A stretch of 60,165 nucleotides of DNA from a virus (Duplodnaviria; Caudoviricetes). A program made the translations under genes and the position numbers. The stretch covers positions 1 to 60,165 of IMG/VR virus record IMGVR_UViG_3300007775_000011, one strand, 5' to 3'. The first letter of the stretch is position 1. Every line of letters begins with the position of its first letter. The notes under the pieces were generated by a model. It was not told the DNA's origin, made no database searches, and worked only from the letters and a program-made list of their open reading frames with translations. Positions 38,787 to 47,847 of this stretch are shown one piece after another.

Positions 38787-39817
38787 TTTTCACATTTTTT
38801 AGGTAGTTTAGTTTTTAATTTTTTTAGACTTTCAGAAAGTTCTTTTTCAACTTCTTCTTTCTCTTCCTTTAATTTCAAGAAATTTTCTTTTAATGAATTC
38901 AAATTTCTGTAATCTTTTCTAATACTTTCTAAAGATTCAGAAAATTTTAATAATTTATCAAGTTCTTTTCCGGCATTTATAAATACAACTAATCCTTCTT
39001 GTTCTTTTATTAAGGATTGGTAGTGGTTTCTTAAATTAGTTATTTGTAATATTATAGATTTTGTATCAGTTAATTTTTGGGAATCTTCTAATAATGAAGT
39101 AATATCTTCTTCAGCATCCCGGAATATTTCGAGTGATTCCCGTTCTTTCTCTAATTCTGCGTGGGAATCTTTTAATTTATTTAATTTGGATATATTTCGA
39201 TTAATATTATTGAGTTGTTTTTCCCAACCTTCTAAATCTTCAAGATCACCTTCCATTTCTTCAAGATATGTATAGGCTTTTAATTCATCTTCTAGTTCTT
39301 CAACTTCGATTCCTATTGCTTTTAATTGGGCAGCAACTCTTCTATTTTCTTTTTCGGAATTTGAAAGAGCGGTATCAATAACTTGTAAATCAGCAGCTTT
39401 ATTTAATATTTTGGCTACTTCGGAAGCATTAGAATTGAGAAGGTAGAATTGGTCTTTCTGTTCCTGAAAACAAATATCAGTTACATTAAGAGCGTGTTGG
39501 ATAGGCTCTGGGACTTTTACCCCGAAACCGGCAAAAATTTCTTCATCATTTAAGTGGTATTCATTTTTGCTTTTTGTGCGTAGTCTTGTTATAACATCAT
39601 TATCTGAGGTAGTAATAGAAGAGGACATTTCATCAGCGTCCCAATTCATTAAAGTTTCTATACCGGGAGATTTATTAGTCATGAGCCAAAACAATCCCCG
39701 GTAAATAGCAGATTTACCTGAATCAGTATCTCCAATGATAAGATTAATTCCCGGATGGAAATTTAAAGTAATATCTTTCCATCTTTGAATATTAATTAAT
39801 CTTGCTGACAATATCAT
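38762..39817 (-). CDS. SbcC/Rad50-like ATPase, N-terminal half
   Basis: GDTDSGKS Walker A, Q-loop, long coiled coil ending in CENC (zinc-hook-like). Confidence 0.85.
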   Translation of the reverse strand: MILSARLINIQRWKDITLNFHPGINLIIGDTDSGKSAIYRGLFWLMTNKSPGIETLMNWDADEMSSSITTSDNDVITRLRTKSKNEYHLNDEEIFAGFGVKVPEPIQHALNVTDICFQEQKDQFYLLNSNASEVAKILNKAADLQVIDTALSNSEKENRRVAAQLKAIGIEVEELEDELKAYTYLEEMEGDLEDLEGWEKQLNNINRNISKLNKLKDSHAELEKERESLEIFRDAEEDITSLLEDSQKLTDTKSIILQITNLRNHYQSLIKEQEGLVVFINAGKELDKLLKFSESLESIRKDYRNLNSLKENFLKLKEEKEEVEKELSESLKKLKTKLPKKCENCWVLEEE

Positions 39818-40380
39818 TTTGTCCTTCTCCTGGTTCTTTCAACAAATTGTTTGACAAGTTTATTATGTCTTCCGGCTGCATAAACCCCGCAGGCATCGGC
39901 TATATGCTCAAACCTTCCTTTGTTCCAGACTTTTTTTGTAATTTGATAAGAAAACCCTTTGCCTGTTTTTGACATTTTTCCGTTATATAATTCAACGGCT
40001 CTTTCCATCATTTCTTCTTTCGTAGCATTGGGTTTATTACAAAATGCTATTTTAACATCACGTGGATCATACCATTCAATAGGGATTTTTAACAAAGCGA
40101 ATGTTGCACTTGCGCTGGCAGTAGCCAAACCCATAGCTCGTGCTGCTGTAGATGATTGGCTACCACCGTGCGGTATTTCTCCCATTCCTGCTTGTATTCT
40201 ATATCTTTTACAAATTTTTTCGATTTCTAGTGCAATATACGCAGATCGGTTGGCATTATCATTTGATAATTTTATACTTGAATCTTTTTTGGTTGAAATA
40301 CAACCATCTCGAACAGGTTTATGATTACGGAATACAACCCATCCAATATTTGAAAAAGCTATATCAAGACAAAGAATCAT
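39814..40380 (-). CDS. ruvC: RuvC-like Holliday junction resolvase
   Basis: ILCLD, GE.P, DVK, ATKEEM, HIADA. Confidence 0.8.
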   Translation of the reverse strand: MILCLDIAFSNIGWVVFRNHKPVRDGCISTKKDSSIKLSNDNANRSAYIALEIEKICKRYRIQAGMGEIPHGGSQSSTAARAMGLATASASATFALLKIPIEWYDPRDVKIAFCNKPNATKEEMMERAVELYNGKMSKTGKGFSYQITKKVWNKGRFEHIADACGVYAAGRHNKLVKQFVERTRRRTK

Positions 40381-40520
40381 TTAATTTTCTCTTTTTTTAT
40401 TAAATAATAATTTGTCTTATAATATATAAGGGCTTTGTTTTCTCCCATAGAATATCCTAAGAATAAAAAGGATATTAAAAGAGCGGTTATCAAAAATATA
40501 AAAAATATTAAAGGTCGCAT
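40377..40520 (-). CDS. small membrane peptide (47 aa; not in ORF track)
   Basis: MRPLIFFIFLITALLISFLFLGY...; ATGA overlap with ruvC. Confidence 0.45.
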   Translation of the reverse strand: MRPLIFFIFLITALLISFLFLGYSMGENKALIYYKTNYYLIKKEKIK

Positions 40521-40540
40521 AAATCAATACTCATAAAAAT

Positions 40541-40876
40541 TTAATTGATCGGAAAAGGGAATTTCACGGATTGTAATTTTTCAAGTTCCGCTTTATTCTT
40601 TTTAGTAGATATTTTTTTCCTTTTTAATTTTGCTATTCTTTGCTGAATAGCATTATAAGCAGAAGCAGACCTCATTAACCATCTTTTATCATCTATACAT
40701 CGGACATTAAAAGAAATATGCTTTAAAGCCTTATAATATCTTCTGCGAATATCCCGGAATATCTCACCAGTATTTCCGGTTCCTTTTCCTGATCTTATAA
40801 AATATTGAGCATCTCGAATAGATAAGCCTGAAGGATACACCATTTTTCTGATTTGCCGTGCTCTTTTACCGTTCAT
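40541..40876 (-). CDS. hypothetical basic protein
   Basis: MNGKRARQIRK...RRRYYKALK; AAGGAG RBS. Confidence 0.65.
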   Translation of the reverse strand: MNGKRARQIRKMVYPSGLSIRDAQYFIRSGKGTGNTGEIFRDIRRRYYKALKHISFNVRCIDDKRWLMRSASAYNAIQQRIAKLKRKKISTKKNKAELEKLQSVKFPFPIN

Positions 40877-40897
40877 AGTAGTCTCCTTTATAAAATA

Positions 40898-42025
40898 TTA
40901 ATATCGGGCTTTACGGCCCAATTTGAGTGATTCCTCACGATTCCACCAAGCTCGTTGGACGATTCTTTTTAATTTCTTTTCTTTCCCGGCATCTTCAATA
41001 GCTCTTACAAGTTTGTCTTTGCCATTTTCATTCATGTCAAATTCCGGGGCTTTGATCCAAGAACCGCCTTTCCAATGTCCAACATCAATTAAAAATTGGA
41101 CCATAGAAGCATTATCATCAATTCCTAGATCATCATATATATTGAATTCAATATCCCGGAGTTTGCCGGTAATTGAATTTTTATCCATAGTTATTTTACT
41201 AGTTACCCCTATTTTGACACCTTGTTCTTTTATGGAGGCTTTCTTTTTGAGAAAAGGTCGTACATGTGAATAAAAATAAGGAGCCTCACCCCCACTGGTA
41301 GTATAGTGAGATTGTCCCGGCATAGGGTTTATTCTTTGTCGGAGTTGTTGAGTAAGAATAAATAATGAATTGGTATCAGCTACACATCCATTAAGCATAC
41401 GGAGAATTTGACCTAATATTTTGGCCTTTTCAGTGTTGAAACTTCCTGCAATTTTTTTAACAGCTTCTTTACTTTTTGCAGCTGCTAATGCTTTTTTCAT
41501 TTCTTTTTCGATTTCTTCATCAGTTGAGAAACTGTCCAAACTATCTGATACCCAAATAAATTTTTTGCCTTTTTTAGATAGTTGGAGCATATTGTTTTTT
41601 AAATCTTGAATAGTATTGGAAATTCCAGATTCATCTTCATTCCCTTTCAGATCTTTATACAATAATCCACTAGGGGTTTGAAGACGGTCTAAAAGAGGTG
41701 GGAAAAGTCTTTTTAAATCAAAATCACACCTTCTTTCAACATCATCATAAACTAGAAGATAATCATCAAATTTAGAATCAAGACAGGCTTCAGCAAAAGC
41801 GGAAAGAACAAGAATAGTTTTGCCAGCTGCAGATTGACCAGGCATAGTATTGATTCTGCCCAATGGCCATCCCCCGTTTACATCTCCAGACATAGCCAAA
41901 TTCAACATAGTTGAACCAGTCTTTAAAAAACCAGTAACAGGTTTGGTATCCGTCCGGGGTTTTCTTTTTCTTTCCACACTTTTCACGACAGCATCAGCTG
42001 ATCGTCTTCTGGTTCTTCGGGTCAT
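40898..42025 (-). CDS. recA: RecA/UvsX-like recombinase
   Basis: TGSTMLNLAMSG, GQSAAGKT, DSLD, QLR, TSGG; likely start MTRRT at 42025. Confidence 0.88.
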   Translation of the reverse strand: MTRRTRRRSADAVVKSVERKRKPRTDTKPVTGFLKTGSTMLNLAMSGDVNGGWPLGRINTMPGQSAAGKTILVLSAFAEACLDSKFDDYLLVYDDVERRCDFDLKRLFPPLLDRLQTPSGLLYKDLKGNEDESGISNTIQDLKNNMLQLSKKGKKFIWVSDSLDSFSTDEEIEKEMKKALAAAKSKEAVKKIAGSFNTEKAKILGQILRMLNGCVADTNSLFILTQQLRQRINPMPGQSHYTTSGGEAPYFYSHVRPFLKKKASIKEQGVKIGVTSKITMDKNSITGKLRDIEFNIYDDLGIDDNASMVQFLIDVGHWKGGSWIKAPEFDMNENGKDKLVRAIEDAGKEKKLKRIVQRAWWNREESLKLGRKARY

Positions 42026-42212
42026 AAAGCTTCTCCAATCCTTCTTTATTGAAAAAATAATGGTTATGCTTGCCTCCCGGTTGTATACATATACCAGCTT
42101 TTGTAGCATGGGCAATCAGGGTTGGTTTTGTTAAAACCATTCCATATTTATCCATGAGCATTTTTAATGCTTCATTGGTCCTGATTAATTCAGGTTGTTT
42201 TTTTTCTTTCAT
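41994..42212 (-). CDS. small HTH/excisionase-like protein
   Basis: LIRTNEAL...TKPTLIAH...G...PGG..YFF. Confidence 0.5.
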   Translation of the reverse strand: MKEKKQPELIRTNEALKMLMDKYGMVLTKPTLIAHATKAGICIQPGGKHNHYFFNKEGLEKLYDPKNQKTIS

Positions 42213-42331
42213 AACTCTTCCTTTTGTAAAAATTAATTAACAAATAAGGCTGTGTATTATTTTTCGTAGGGTGGAATCATTTATCCCTATTTCCACCATC
42301 TAAGGGCACCTCATTTGTTAATTAAAGGTTT

Positions 42332-43690
42332 TTAATCTTCAGCCTCTTCTTCGAGTTTTTCTTTTAGGTCATCGCAATCTTCCCAAACATCGCATTTACG
42401 ACATTTATTAGAAGTATTACAATCATGTCCATACCGAAGACCGTGAGGACATTTCCCATCTTCTTCCGGTTCTTCCTCATCCTTATCCTCATCTTTTTTC
42501 TTTTTGGAGGTTCGGCGGGAAGTTTTCTTTTTAGAAGATTTCTTTGGAGGTTCTTCCTCTTCTTCCTCATCCTCTTCTTCCGGTTCTTCCTCTTCTTCCG
42601 GTTCTTCCTCTTCCTCTTCAGGAAGATCAAGTTCAAGGATTTCGGCAATTTCTTCTCTCATTTCCTCTTCATCAAGTTTCAGAAGAGAGACATCAAGGGA
42701 ATATTGTTTGATGAGTTTCTTCATTTCCTTGAGAGACATTTCAGAAAGTTCTTCCCCATCAATATTAGGGGCTTCCTGTTCCTCTTCCTCTTCCTCTTCT
42801 TCCCCGACTTCTGGATCCATTCCATAATAGACCTTTTCCAGTTCTTCATATTCAAGAACATGAAGACAATCAGTCAAATCAATATCATGGAAAACAGCCC
42901 AATCAGGTAAGCTCTTTTTAAAGCTCTCAAAATCAATCCGGTCAGCAGTACCATAAAATTCATCGGTCATGCGGATATCAAGAGCAATCTTGTCTTCGGG
43001 ATCGGCAAACCAAGGCTCATTGTCTTCGATTTCTTCAATTTCAGATTCAAGAGCCTTACCGAAACAATGAAAACTGATATCAAAAAGGAAGAGGTGGTTA
43101 TCATCACTTTGGTGATCAAAGAACAAATAAAGCTCCCGTTGTTTCGGCTTGATTGCTTTGATCACGTCTTCATTGACGTCTTTATCTTTACGAAGTTCAA
43201 CTAAATCTTCACAAATGGGACACCGCTTGTTAAAGGTCTTGGCAGGGCAAATGACTTTTGCCTCATCTGGGCCAATCTCAGCGTGACGGTAATATGTACG
43301 TTTATAGTATATTCCACCTGGTTCGATCTTATCCGGATGATTATAAACCTTGGCCTCATAAGGCATAGCACTGACCAAAATATTGGTCTTGTGTTTTTTC
43401 TTCGGAAAATCAAGCTGGAAAAATTCTACTCCTTTTGGGAGCTGTATATAATTTCCACCGCCCTGTTCCCGTTCCTGGGTTTGCTCTTTCGCCCGTTGGC
43501 GCATAGCTCCCATTGCTTTTTTATCACGCTTTTTAGCGGATTTCTTGCCTGCTTTTCTTGCCATGTCATTACTCCTGTTGTTTGGGTTTTTTGTTTTTTG
43601 GAAAGCTATCATATTATTTTGTTCTTCGGGATAGGCTTTCCAGTATTTCATCCATTCCGGTGTTCCCGGCGTTAAACTTTTGAAATTCAT
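42332..43690 (-). CDS. single-stranded DNA-binding protein (T4 gp32-like); alternative start at 43564
   Basis: H..IG....ICP....CPICE zinc motif; very acidic tail; terminal CPHG..C..C..C. Confidence 0.75.
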   Translation of the reverse strand: MNFKSLTPGTPEWMKYWKAYPEEQNNMIAFQKTKNPNNRSNDMARKAGKKSAKKRDKKAMGAMRQRAKEQTQEREQGGGNYIQLPKGVEFFQLDFPKKKHKTNILVSAMPYEAKVYNHPDKIEPGGIYYKRTYYRHAEIGPDEAKVICPAKTFNKRCPICEDLVELRKDKDVNEDVIKAIKPKQRELYLFFDHQSDDNHLFLFDISFHCFGKALESEIEEIEDNEPWFADPEDKIALDIRMTDEFYGTADRIDFESFKKSLPDWAVFHDIDLTDCLHVLEYEELEKVYYGMDPEVGEEEEEEEEQEAPNIDGEELSEMSLKEMKKLIKQYSLDVSLLKLDEEEMREEIAEILELDLPEEEEEEPEEEEEPEEEDEEEEEEPPKKSSKKKTSRRTSKKKKDEDKDEEEPEEDGKCPHGLRYGHDCNTSNKCRKCDVWEDCDDLKEKLEEEAED

Positions 43691-44229
43691 TTGCGTGTTC
43701 TTCTAGTTCTTTTTTGTCCTTTCATCCGGTCTTTTACTTTACCCCGGATTTTTTCTGATTTATTTTCAATATATTGCTGATATTCTTCCCCAAGGTTTCG
43801 GGGGAGATCGGGCCCAGCAAAATATTCCATTCCCATTAATTTGACCATTTCAATCAAAGTATATCTCCTTTCCCGGACTTTACTGATGGCAACGGAAAGG
43901 AGGTTTAAATTGAATTCAGCTTGATTGAGTTGTTCTTTGGCTTCAATATGGTCTTCATGGTTTCTGTAATAAGCTTCTACAGTTTGGGCATTTGCTTTAC
44001 CACCGGGAATATTTGAAGGATCATCCCAAGCTTCTTGGATTAATCGTGATCGGGTTATTTTGGAATTTTCCCAAGCCTCATCTCGTTCTTTTTTTAACTG
44101 GGCTTCCAATTGCCCATAAAACCCAAAAAGAGAAGGTTGACGCAATAATTCAACATCAAGTTGATTTGGGTCAATATCTAAATCTTCATCAATATCGAAT
44201 TCATCAATATCAAAATTTTTTTCTTCCAT
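43687..44229 (-). CDS. UvsY-like recombination mediator
   Basis: DLDIDPNQLD.E..RQP, helical; adjacent to SSB and RecA. Confidence 0.6.
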   Translation of the reverse strand: MEEKNFDIDEFDIDEDLDIDPNQLDVELLRQPSLFGFYGQLEAQLKKERDEAWENSKITRSRLIQEAWDDPSNIPGGKANAQTVEAYYRNHEDHIEAKEQLNQAEFNLNLLSVAISKVRERRYTLIEMVKLMGMEYFAGPDLPRNLGEEYQQYIENKSEKIRGKVKDRMKGQKRTRRTRK

Positions 44230-44305
44230 AGTCTTTCTCCTTACCTGATAAAGTTAAATAATTAAATAAATATAAAAGAAAATAAAGAAAAAAGAAAGTA
44301 AAAAA

Positions 44306-45274
44306 TTAAAAAGGAATCTCTTCTTCATCATCTTCTTCAACAGCTTTACACGCATCATAACTAGCCATTGTTAAACCGGGGAAACCAGTATTATAGAAAG
44401 GCTCTTTAAAGGCATCCATTATTACAAAAGCAAGGGGATGATCTTCTTTTAATAAAACAGAATTACAATAATTCAAAACAGCATATCTGACTTTTTCGGG
44501 GTCTTGTCCTTTAAACCGAAAAAGAATATCTCTGATTTTATCCCATCCTTTTGCGTTGATCAATCCATTACAAAGATCAATCACCTGAGATTCCTGTAAT
44601 ATGATTTTGTCAAGAGCTTCTTCTTGTTCTTCAGGGTCAAGATCAATAATCTGATCTAATGCTGTTAAAGCATCCCTGGGATGTCCTTCTGAGCCCTTAA
44701 TAATTTGATTAAGAATATCTTTTCCAACTCTTTTTCTTTCTTTTTTACAAACCTTTTTTAAAAGTTGGAGTAAATCACGTCTTTCTAATACTTCGACTTC
44801 AAAGATAGAACACCGGCTTTTAATAGTACCCAGGATATCTTCCGGGTTGGTTGAACAAAGAAAAAAGAAAGCATGTTCAGGCGGTTCTTCCAATAATTTT
44901 AAAAGAGCATTTTGTGGTTTATTTTTCGGGCTATTTCCACCCTCCCCGAAAAGGTGGAACTCATCAAGAATCCAGCCTTTATTTTTACTTTCCCCCAAAC
45001 TGGATAAATTAGCACTATCAATTATAGCACGGGCATCTTCAATTTTTCGATGATTGGAGCAATTTATTTCTTTCTGATTGAATCCCTGACAATCTAATTC
45101 ATGGGCCATTATTCGAGCCATAGTTGTTTTCCCGCAACCTTTTGGGCCGGTAAATAGAAAACTATGAGGTATTTTGTTTTTATCTCGTTTAATTATACTG
45201 GCTAAACTTTTTACTAATTTTTCATTACCATAAACTTCATACAAGCTTTCAGGCCGGTAATTAAGATGTAACAT
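44306..45274 (-). CDS. dnaX: clamp loader (DNA pol III gamma/tau-like)
   Basis: YRP, GPKGCGKT, DEFH, NALLKLLEEPP, SRC. Confidence 0.9.
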   Translation of the reverse strand: MLHLNYRPESLYEVYGNEKLVKSLASIIKRDKNKIPHSFLFTGPKGCGKTTMARIMAHELDCQGFNQKEINCSNHRKIEDARAIIDSANLSSLGESKNKGWILDEFHLFGEGGNSPKNKPQNALLKLLEEPPEHAFFFLCSTNPEDILGTIKSRCSIFEVEVLERRDLLQLLKKVCKKERKRVGKDILNQIIKGSEGHPRDALTALDQIIDLDPEEQEEALDKIILQESQVIDLCNGLINAKGWDKIRDILFRFKGQDPEKVRYAVLNYCNSVLLKEDHPLAFVIMDAFKEPFYNTGFPGLTMASYDACKAVEEDDEEEIPF

Positions 45275-45275
45275 A

Positions 45276-45671
45276 TTATCTCCCCTTAATTATTTTGTAT
45301 TTAATATTTGAGGCAAAGATAAATTTGCCCTGCTCTATACTTTCCCCTAATCGACACCCTTCACAATCCGGGGAACATCTTTTATAATGAGTATGATATC
45401 TTTTAAATTTATTTCTTTTATTAATGCACCATGATCTGAATTTTTCTTTTGCCTCTTCTTTTGTAATTCCGTAAAATATGGCAGGTTGGGAATTTTTAGC
45501 GGCAAAACATATTCGGGAAAACCTCCATTTATTTTTTATCCTGCAATCAACGACCTTTGTTTTGCCTAAGCATAATCCACATTTCATCATCGGCACCTTC
45601 ACCAAATTCCATGTTAAAATAATCCTCAGCACAAGGAACACAAAACCCATGTGACCACCCAGAAACGCCAA
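45276..45671 (-). CDS. hypothetical Cys-containing protein (start uncertain, likely ~45590)
   Basis: MMKCGLCLGKTKVVDCR...CSPDCEGC. Confidence 0.45.
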   Translation of the reverse strand: MAFLGGHMGFVFLVLRIILTWNLVKVPMMKCGLCLGKTKVVDCRIKNKWRFSRICFAAKNSQPAIFYGITKEEAKEKFRSWCINKRNKFKRYHTHYKRCSPDCEGCRLGESIEQGKFIFASNIKYKIIKGR

Positions 45672-45750
45672 GCCCGTCTTTTACGCCAAGCCATGCCCCA
45701 CACCTGCAGCAAAAAGAGACTATGGCCGGGATGCTCGTTGTGATTATCAT
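45547..45750 (-). CDS. small zinc-finger protein
   Basis: CCRCGAWLG...SHGFCVPC. Confidence 0.6.
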   Translation of the reverse strand: MIITTSIPAIVSFCCRCGAWLGVKDGLGVSGWSHGFCVPCAEDYFNMEFGEGADDEMWIMLRQNKGR

Positions 45751-45758
45751 GTTTTATC

Positions 45759-45796
45759 CTTTAACCGTACACGGTCGGCATAATACTCTGTTAAGT
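45759..45796 (+). other. degenerate terminal attC (right arm)
   Basis: ...GGCATAATACTCT GTTAAGT; R' coincides with the stop of ORF 45791. Confidence 0.4.
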
Positions 45797-46045
45797 AGCA
45801 CGTAGTTTTCTTTCTATCTCTTCCGCACTGTCCCGTTTAAAGTCAATCCATTGGTGGTTCTCACCATTGTTACACTGCATTTCACCATCATCACCATACA
45901 ATCCACTCTTTGAGCAACCGTGATTTAACCACAGCAATTCACGCAACTTCTTCTCGCTACTTAACAAGTCGCTTGAGTTCGACGGCAAACCCGCCGGTTT
46001 GGTTGCTCTTATCAATTCTCCAGTTGCTATTTCTGTTCCTGCCAT
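45791..46045 (-). CDS. cassette ORF, hypothetical
   Basis: AAGGAGG RBS and ATG inside attC 45959-46092; LRELLWLNHGC..LYGDDGEMQC. Confidence 0.75.
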   Translation of the reverse strand: MAGTEIATGELIRATKPAGLPSNSSDLLSSEKKLRELLWLNHGCSKSGLYGDDGEMQCNNGENHQWIDFKRDSAEEIERKLRAT

Positions 46046-46092
46046 TTCATTCCTCCTTAGTTGGGTTTCCGCGTCTCAACTTGGTGTTAAAA
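45959..46092 (+). other. attC site
   Basis: ACTTAAC AAGTC GCTTGAGTTCGAC ... GCGTCTCAAC TTGGT GTTAAAA. Confidence 0.75.
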
Positions 46093-46341
46093 ACCCTCTT
46101 CATAATTGCAATAGTCGCAGGTTGCCTTACAGTTTCTTGGCAATGCCAATGTTTTCTTGCCAGATAATCTCAAAGGGTATTCCCCACAATTAGGGCATAC
46201 CAAATAAGGCTCAACCGGCTTAGTGGTTGCAATAACACGGCTTTTAACAACCGCATCAACCGGACTCGCTACCTCTGGCTTGTCTGGGCAGTTATCACAT
46301 TTTCCGGGAATTTTTACGCAATCTTCACATTCTGTTTTCAT
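46087..46341 (-). CDS. cassette ORF, zinc-ribbon protein
   Basis: CEDC..CDNC, CPNC..CDYC; stop lies in R', start lies inside the next attC. Confidence 0.7.
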   Translation of the reverse strand: MKTECEDCVKIPGKCDNCPDKPEVASPVDAVVKSRVIATTKPVEPYLVCPNCGEYPLRLSGKKTLALPRNCKATCDYCNYEEGF

Positions 46342-46374
46342 TATCTGCTCTCCTGTTATGGCAACACGTTGGTG
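46242..46374 (+). other. attC site
   Basis: TTTTAAC AACC GCATCAACCGGAC ... TCCTGTTATGG CAACAC GTTGGTG; extra base in L''. Confidence 0.75.
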
Positions 46375-46377
46375 CGC

Positions 46378-46608
46378 TTAATAACATGGATATTCACAGG
46401 CGCTCACGCAGTCATCACACCACGGCACCCCGTTACGTGGTACTTTTGCCAATTCTTTCTTGCTAACAAAAACTCCGCATTCGTGGCATTTTTCACGCTT
46501 TTGCACAGAACCAGTAAATTCAGTGGATTCGCTAACCTTGGCGTTTTGGTGGCAGTTATAAGGCGACAAGGTGCATGTGTCGTCATAAATGCAGTCTATA
46601 CATTCCAT
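46378..46608 (-). CDS. cassette ORF, Cys-rich protein
   Basis: MECIDC...CHEC...CDDC; start inside attC 46505-46637. Confidence 0.65.
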   Translation of the reverse strand: MECIDCIYDDTCTLSPYNCHQNAKVSESTEFTGSVQKREKCHECGVFVSKKELAKVPRNGVPWCDDCVSACEYPCY

Positions 46609-46637
46609 TCGCTCACCTTTGATTATGGTCGTTAGCA
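46505..46637 (+). other. attC site
   Basis: ACAGAAC CAGT AAATTCAGTGGAT ... CCTTTGATT ATGGTC GTTAGCA. Confidence 0.65.
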
Positions 46638-46853
46638 AAACGTCATACCAAGTAAAAACTGGAGCCTGTTTTCTAATTTCTCCAAATGCTCACGAGGCAC
46701 AACGCACACTGGCGTTCCATTCTCTATCTCTGCTGCTTCCTGCCACTCCGACAGGTATTTATCAGGCATCCCGCCGTGATCCATGACTATCTTCCCACCT
46801 ATTATTCTTAGCTTGTCTGGGGCAGCATCCCCAAGCTTTCTTATATTTTTCAC
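46632..46853 (-). CDS. cassette ORF, hypothetical
   Basis: GGAGG RBS then GTG at 46853; stop in R'. Confidence 0.65.
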   Translation of the reverse strand: MKNIRKLGDAAPDKLRIIGGKIVMDHGGMPDKYLSEWQEAAEIENGTPVCVVPREHLEKLENRLQFLLGMTFC

Positions 46854-46868
46854 GGCGTACCTCCTGTT

Positions 46869-46958
46869 TGCTAACCAGCGCATTAAATCGACTGGAATAA
46901 TCTTTGGTTATTAAAATCGGCCAGCCCATCGGCCAGCGGTTTATGCTAAACGTTAGCG
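46869..46958 (+). other. attC site
   Basis: TGCTAAC CAGC GCATTAAATCGACTGG ... CCAGCGGTTTATGC TAAAC GTTAGCG; closely similar to 59405-59494. Confidence 0.9.
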
Positions 46959-47222
46959 GTCCATGAATGGGCCGACAATAGTAACGTCAATAGTCCCTAA
47001 ATTCCATCCCCTTCTGTGTCGTATGCGTCTGCCAGGGGAGTAAGACAAAATATACCAAAGGTTTTGCCGTTTGATCTCAATCTTGATGCCCCACTGCATC
47101 CAGTTCGGCATTGCCTGGTTTACGGATTTACGAAGCCGATGGAATCCGCTAACCAGGCGTTGCACTCTGACCCCATGGGGCGTGGGTTCTTTGGTTGTTT
47201 GTTTATTCGGTGTTTCCATCAT
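46953..47222 (-). CDS. cassette ORF, hypothetical
   Basis: AAGGAG RBS and ATG inside attC 47147-47272; stop in R'. Confidence 0.65.
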   Translation of the reverse strand: MMETPNKQTTKEPTPHGVRVQRLVSGFHRLRKSVNQAMPNWMQWGIKIEIKRQNLWYILSYSPGRRIRHRRGWNLGTIDVTIVGPFMDR

Positions 47223-47272
47223 TTCAAATCTCCTTTGTTCACCCATGGGTCAGGTGAACTTAAACGCTCTAT
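47147..47272 (+). other. attC site (R' core mutated GTT>GCT)
   Basis: CGCTAAC CAGGC GTTGCACTCTGACCCCATGGG ... CCCATGGGTCAGGTGAAC TTAAAC GCTCTAT. Confidence 0.75.
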
Positions 47273-47431
47273 TTCCCGTCTAAATTATCCCATATATGGT
47301 CTAAAACCTTATTTCCAAGCTCTGTGTATCTAAGCCAGCCTCGCAATCCGCAGTCTCGCAAAGTCTTGTCTTTCAAAGTCTCAAATTCCTTTTGCTTGTT
47401 ATCCGGCTACCAGTTATGCCGGTCGTTATCT
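47269..47431 (-). pseudogene. truncated cassette: ORF remnant plus attC right half
   Basis: open frame ...LRGWLRYTELGNKVLDHIWDNLDGK* without a clear start; CAGTTATGC CGGTC GTTATCT without a left arm. Confidence 0.5.
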
Positions 47432-47629
47432 TCGACAACCTTTCATGCCAATAACGACTTCAAATTTTTCATGGCAGTTTTCACATTCCACAGTAAAACA
47501 TCCATTGTGTTTCTTGGGCTTCTTGTATCTCGCCCACGTTTCACACTTTTTGCACTGTCTGGGCAATCCTTTCAAAAACCGTTCACATCCAGGCTGAGAA
47601 ATTTCATCAATAAAATCTAAATTTTCCAT
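47426..47629 (-). CDS. cassette ORF, zinc-ribbon protein
   Basis: MENLDF...CKKC...CENC; stop in R'; could start at 47677 inside the attC. Confidence 0.65.
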   Translation of the reverse strand: MENLDFIDEISQPGCERFLKGLPRQCKKCETWARYKKPKKHNGCFTVECENCHEKFEVVIGMKGCRR

Positions 47630-47632
47630 GTC

Positions 47633-47718
47633 AGATAACCATCGCATTAACGCAGACTGGAAGAAAGCTGGCGGCATTGGCTCGTTCAAGGCCCAGCAGC
47701 TCAACAAAAACGTTATAT
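47633..47718 (+). other. attC site
   Basis: AGATAAC CATC GCATTAACGCAGACTGG ... CCAGCAGCTCAAC AAAAAC GTTATAT. Confidence 0.7.
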
Positions 47719-47733
47719 TGCTAAATAAAAATG

Positions 47734-47847
47734 TTGCCATGAAGGGAGTTGAACCCTCATCTGCCACCAGAAAAATCATACAGAATCGAACTGTATCAGC
47801 TTCCCCACCTTTCATGGGGAGGTGTCTGCCAATTTCACCACATGGCA
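47734..47847 (-). ncRNA. tRNA-like RNA occupying a whole cassette
   Basis: acceptor stem TGCCATG/CATGGCA, Leu-type D arm GTGAAATTGGCAGACAC, T arm GAGGGTTCAACTCCCTT; non-canonical anticodon loop and an extra TTCGATT hairpin. Confidence 0.7.

Noticed and set aside
42364-42910. Poly-Ser, Phe-rich and Lys/Arg-rich ORFs overlapping the SSB gene
   Set aside because: Alternative-frame artefacts of GAA/GAG-rich acidic coding sequence; the same applies at 15660-16142 and 55668-56242.
47734-47847. Functional tRNA-Leu or tRNA-Phe
   Set aside because: The anticodon loop lacks U33, the variable region is oversized and no CCA is encoded; kept as tRNA-like only.
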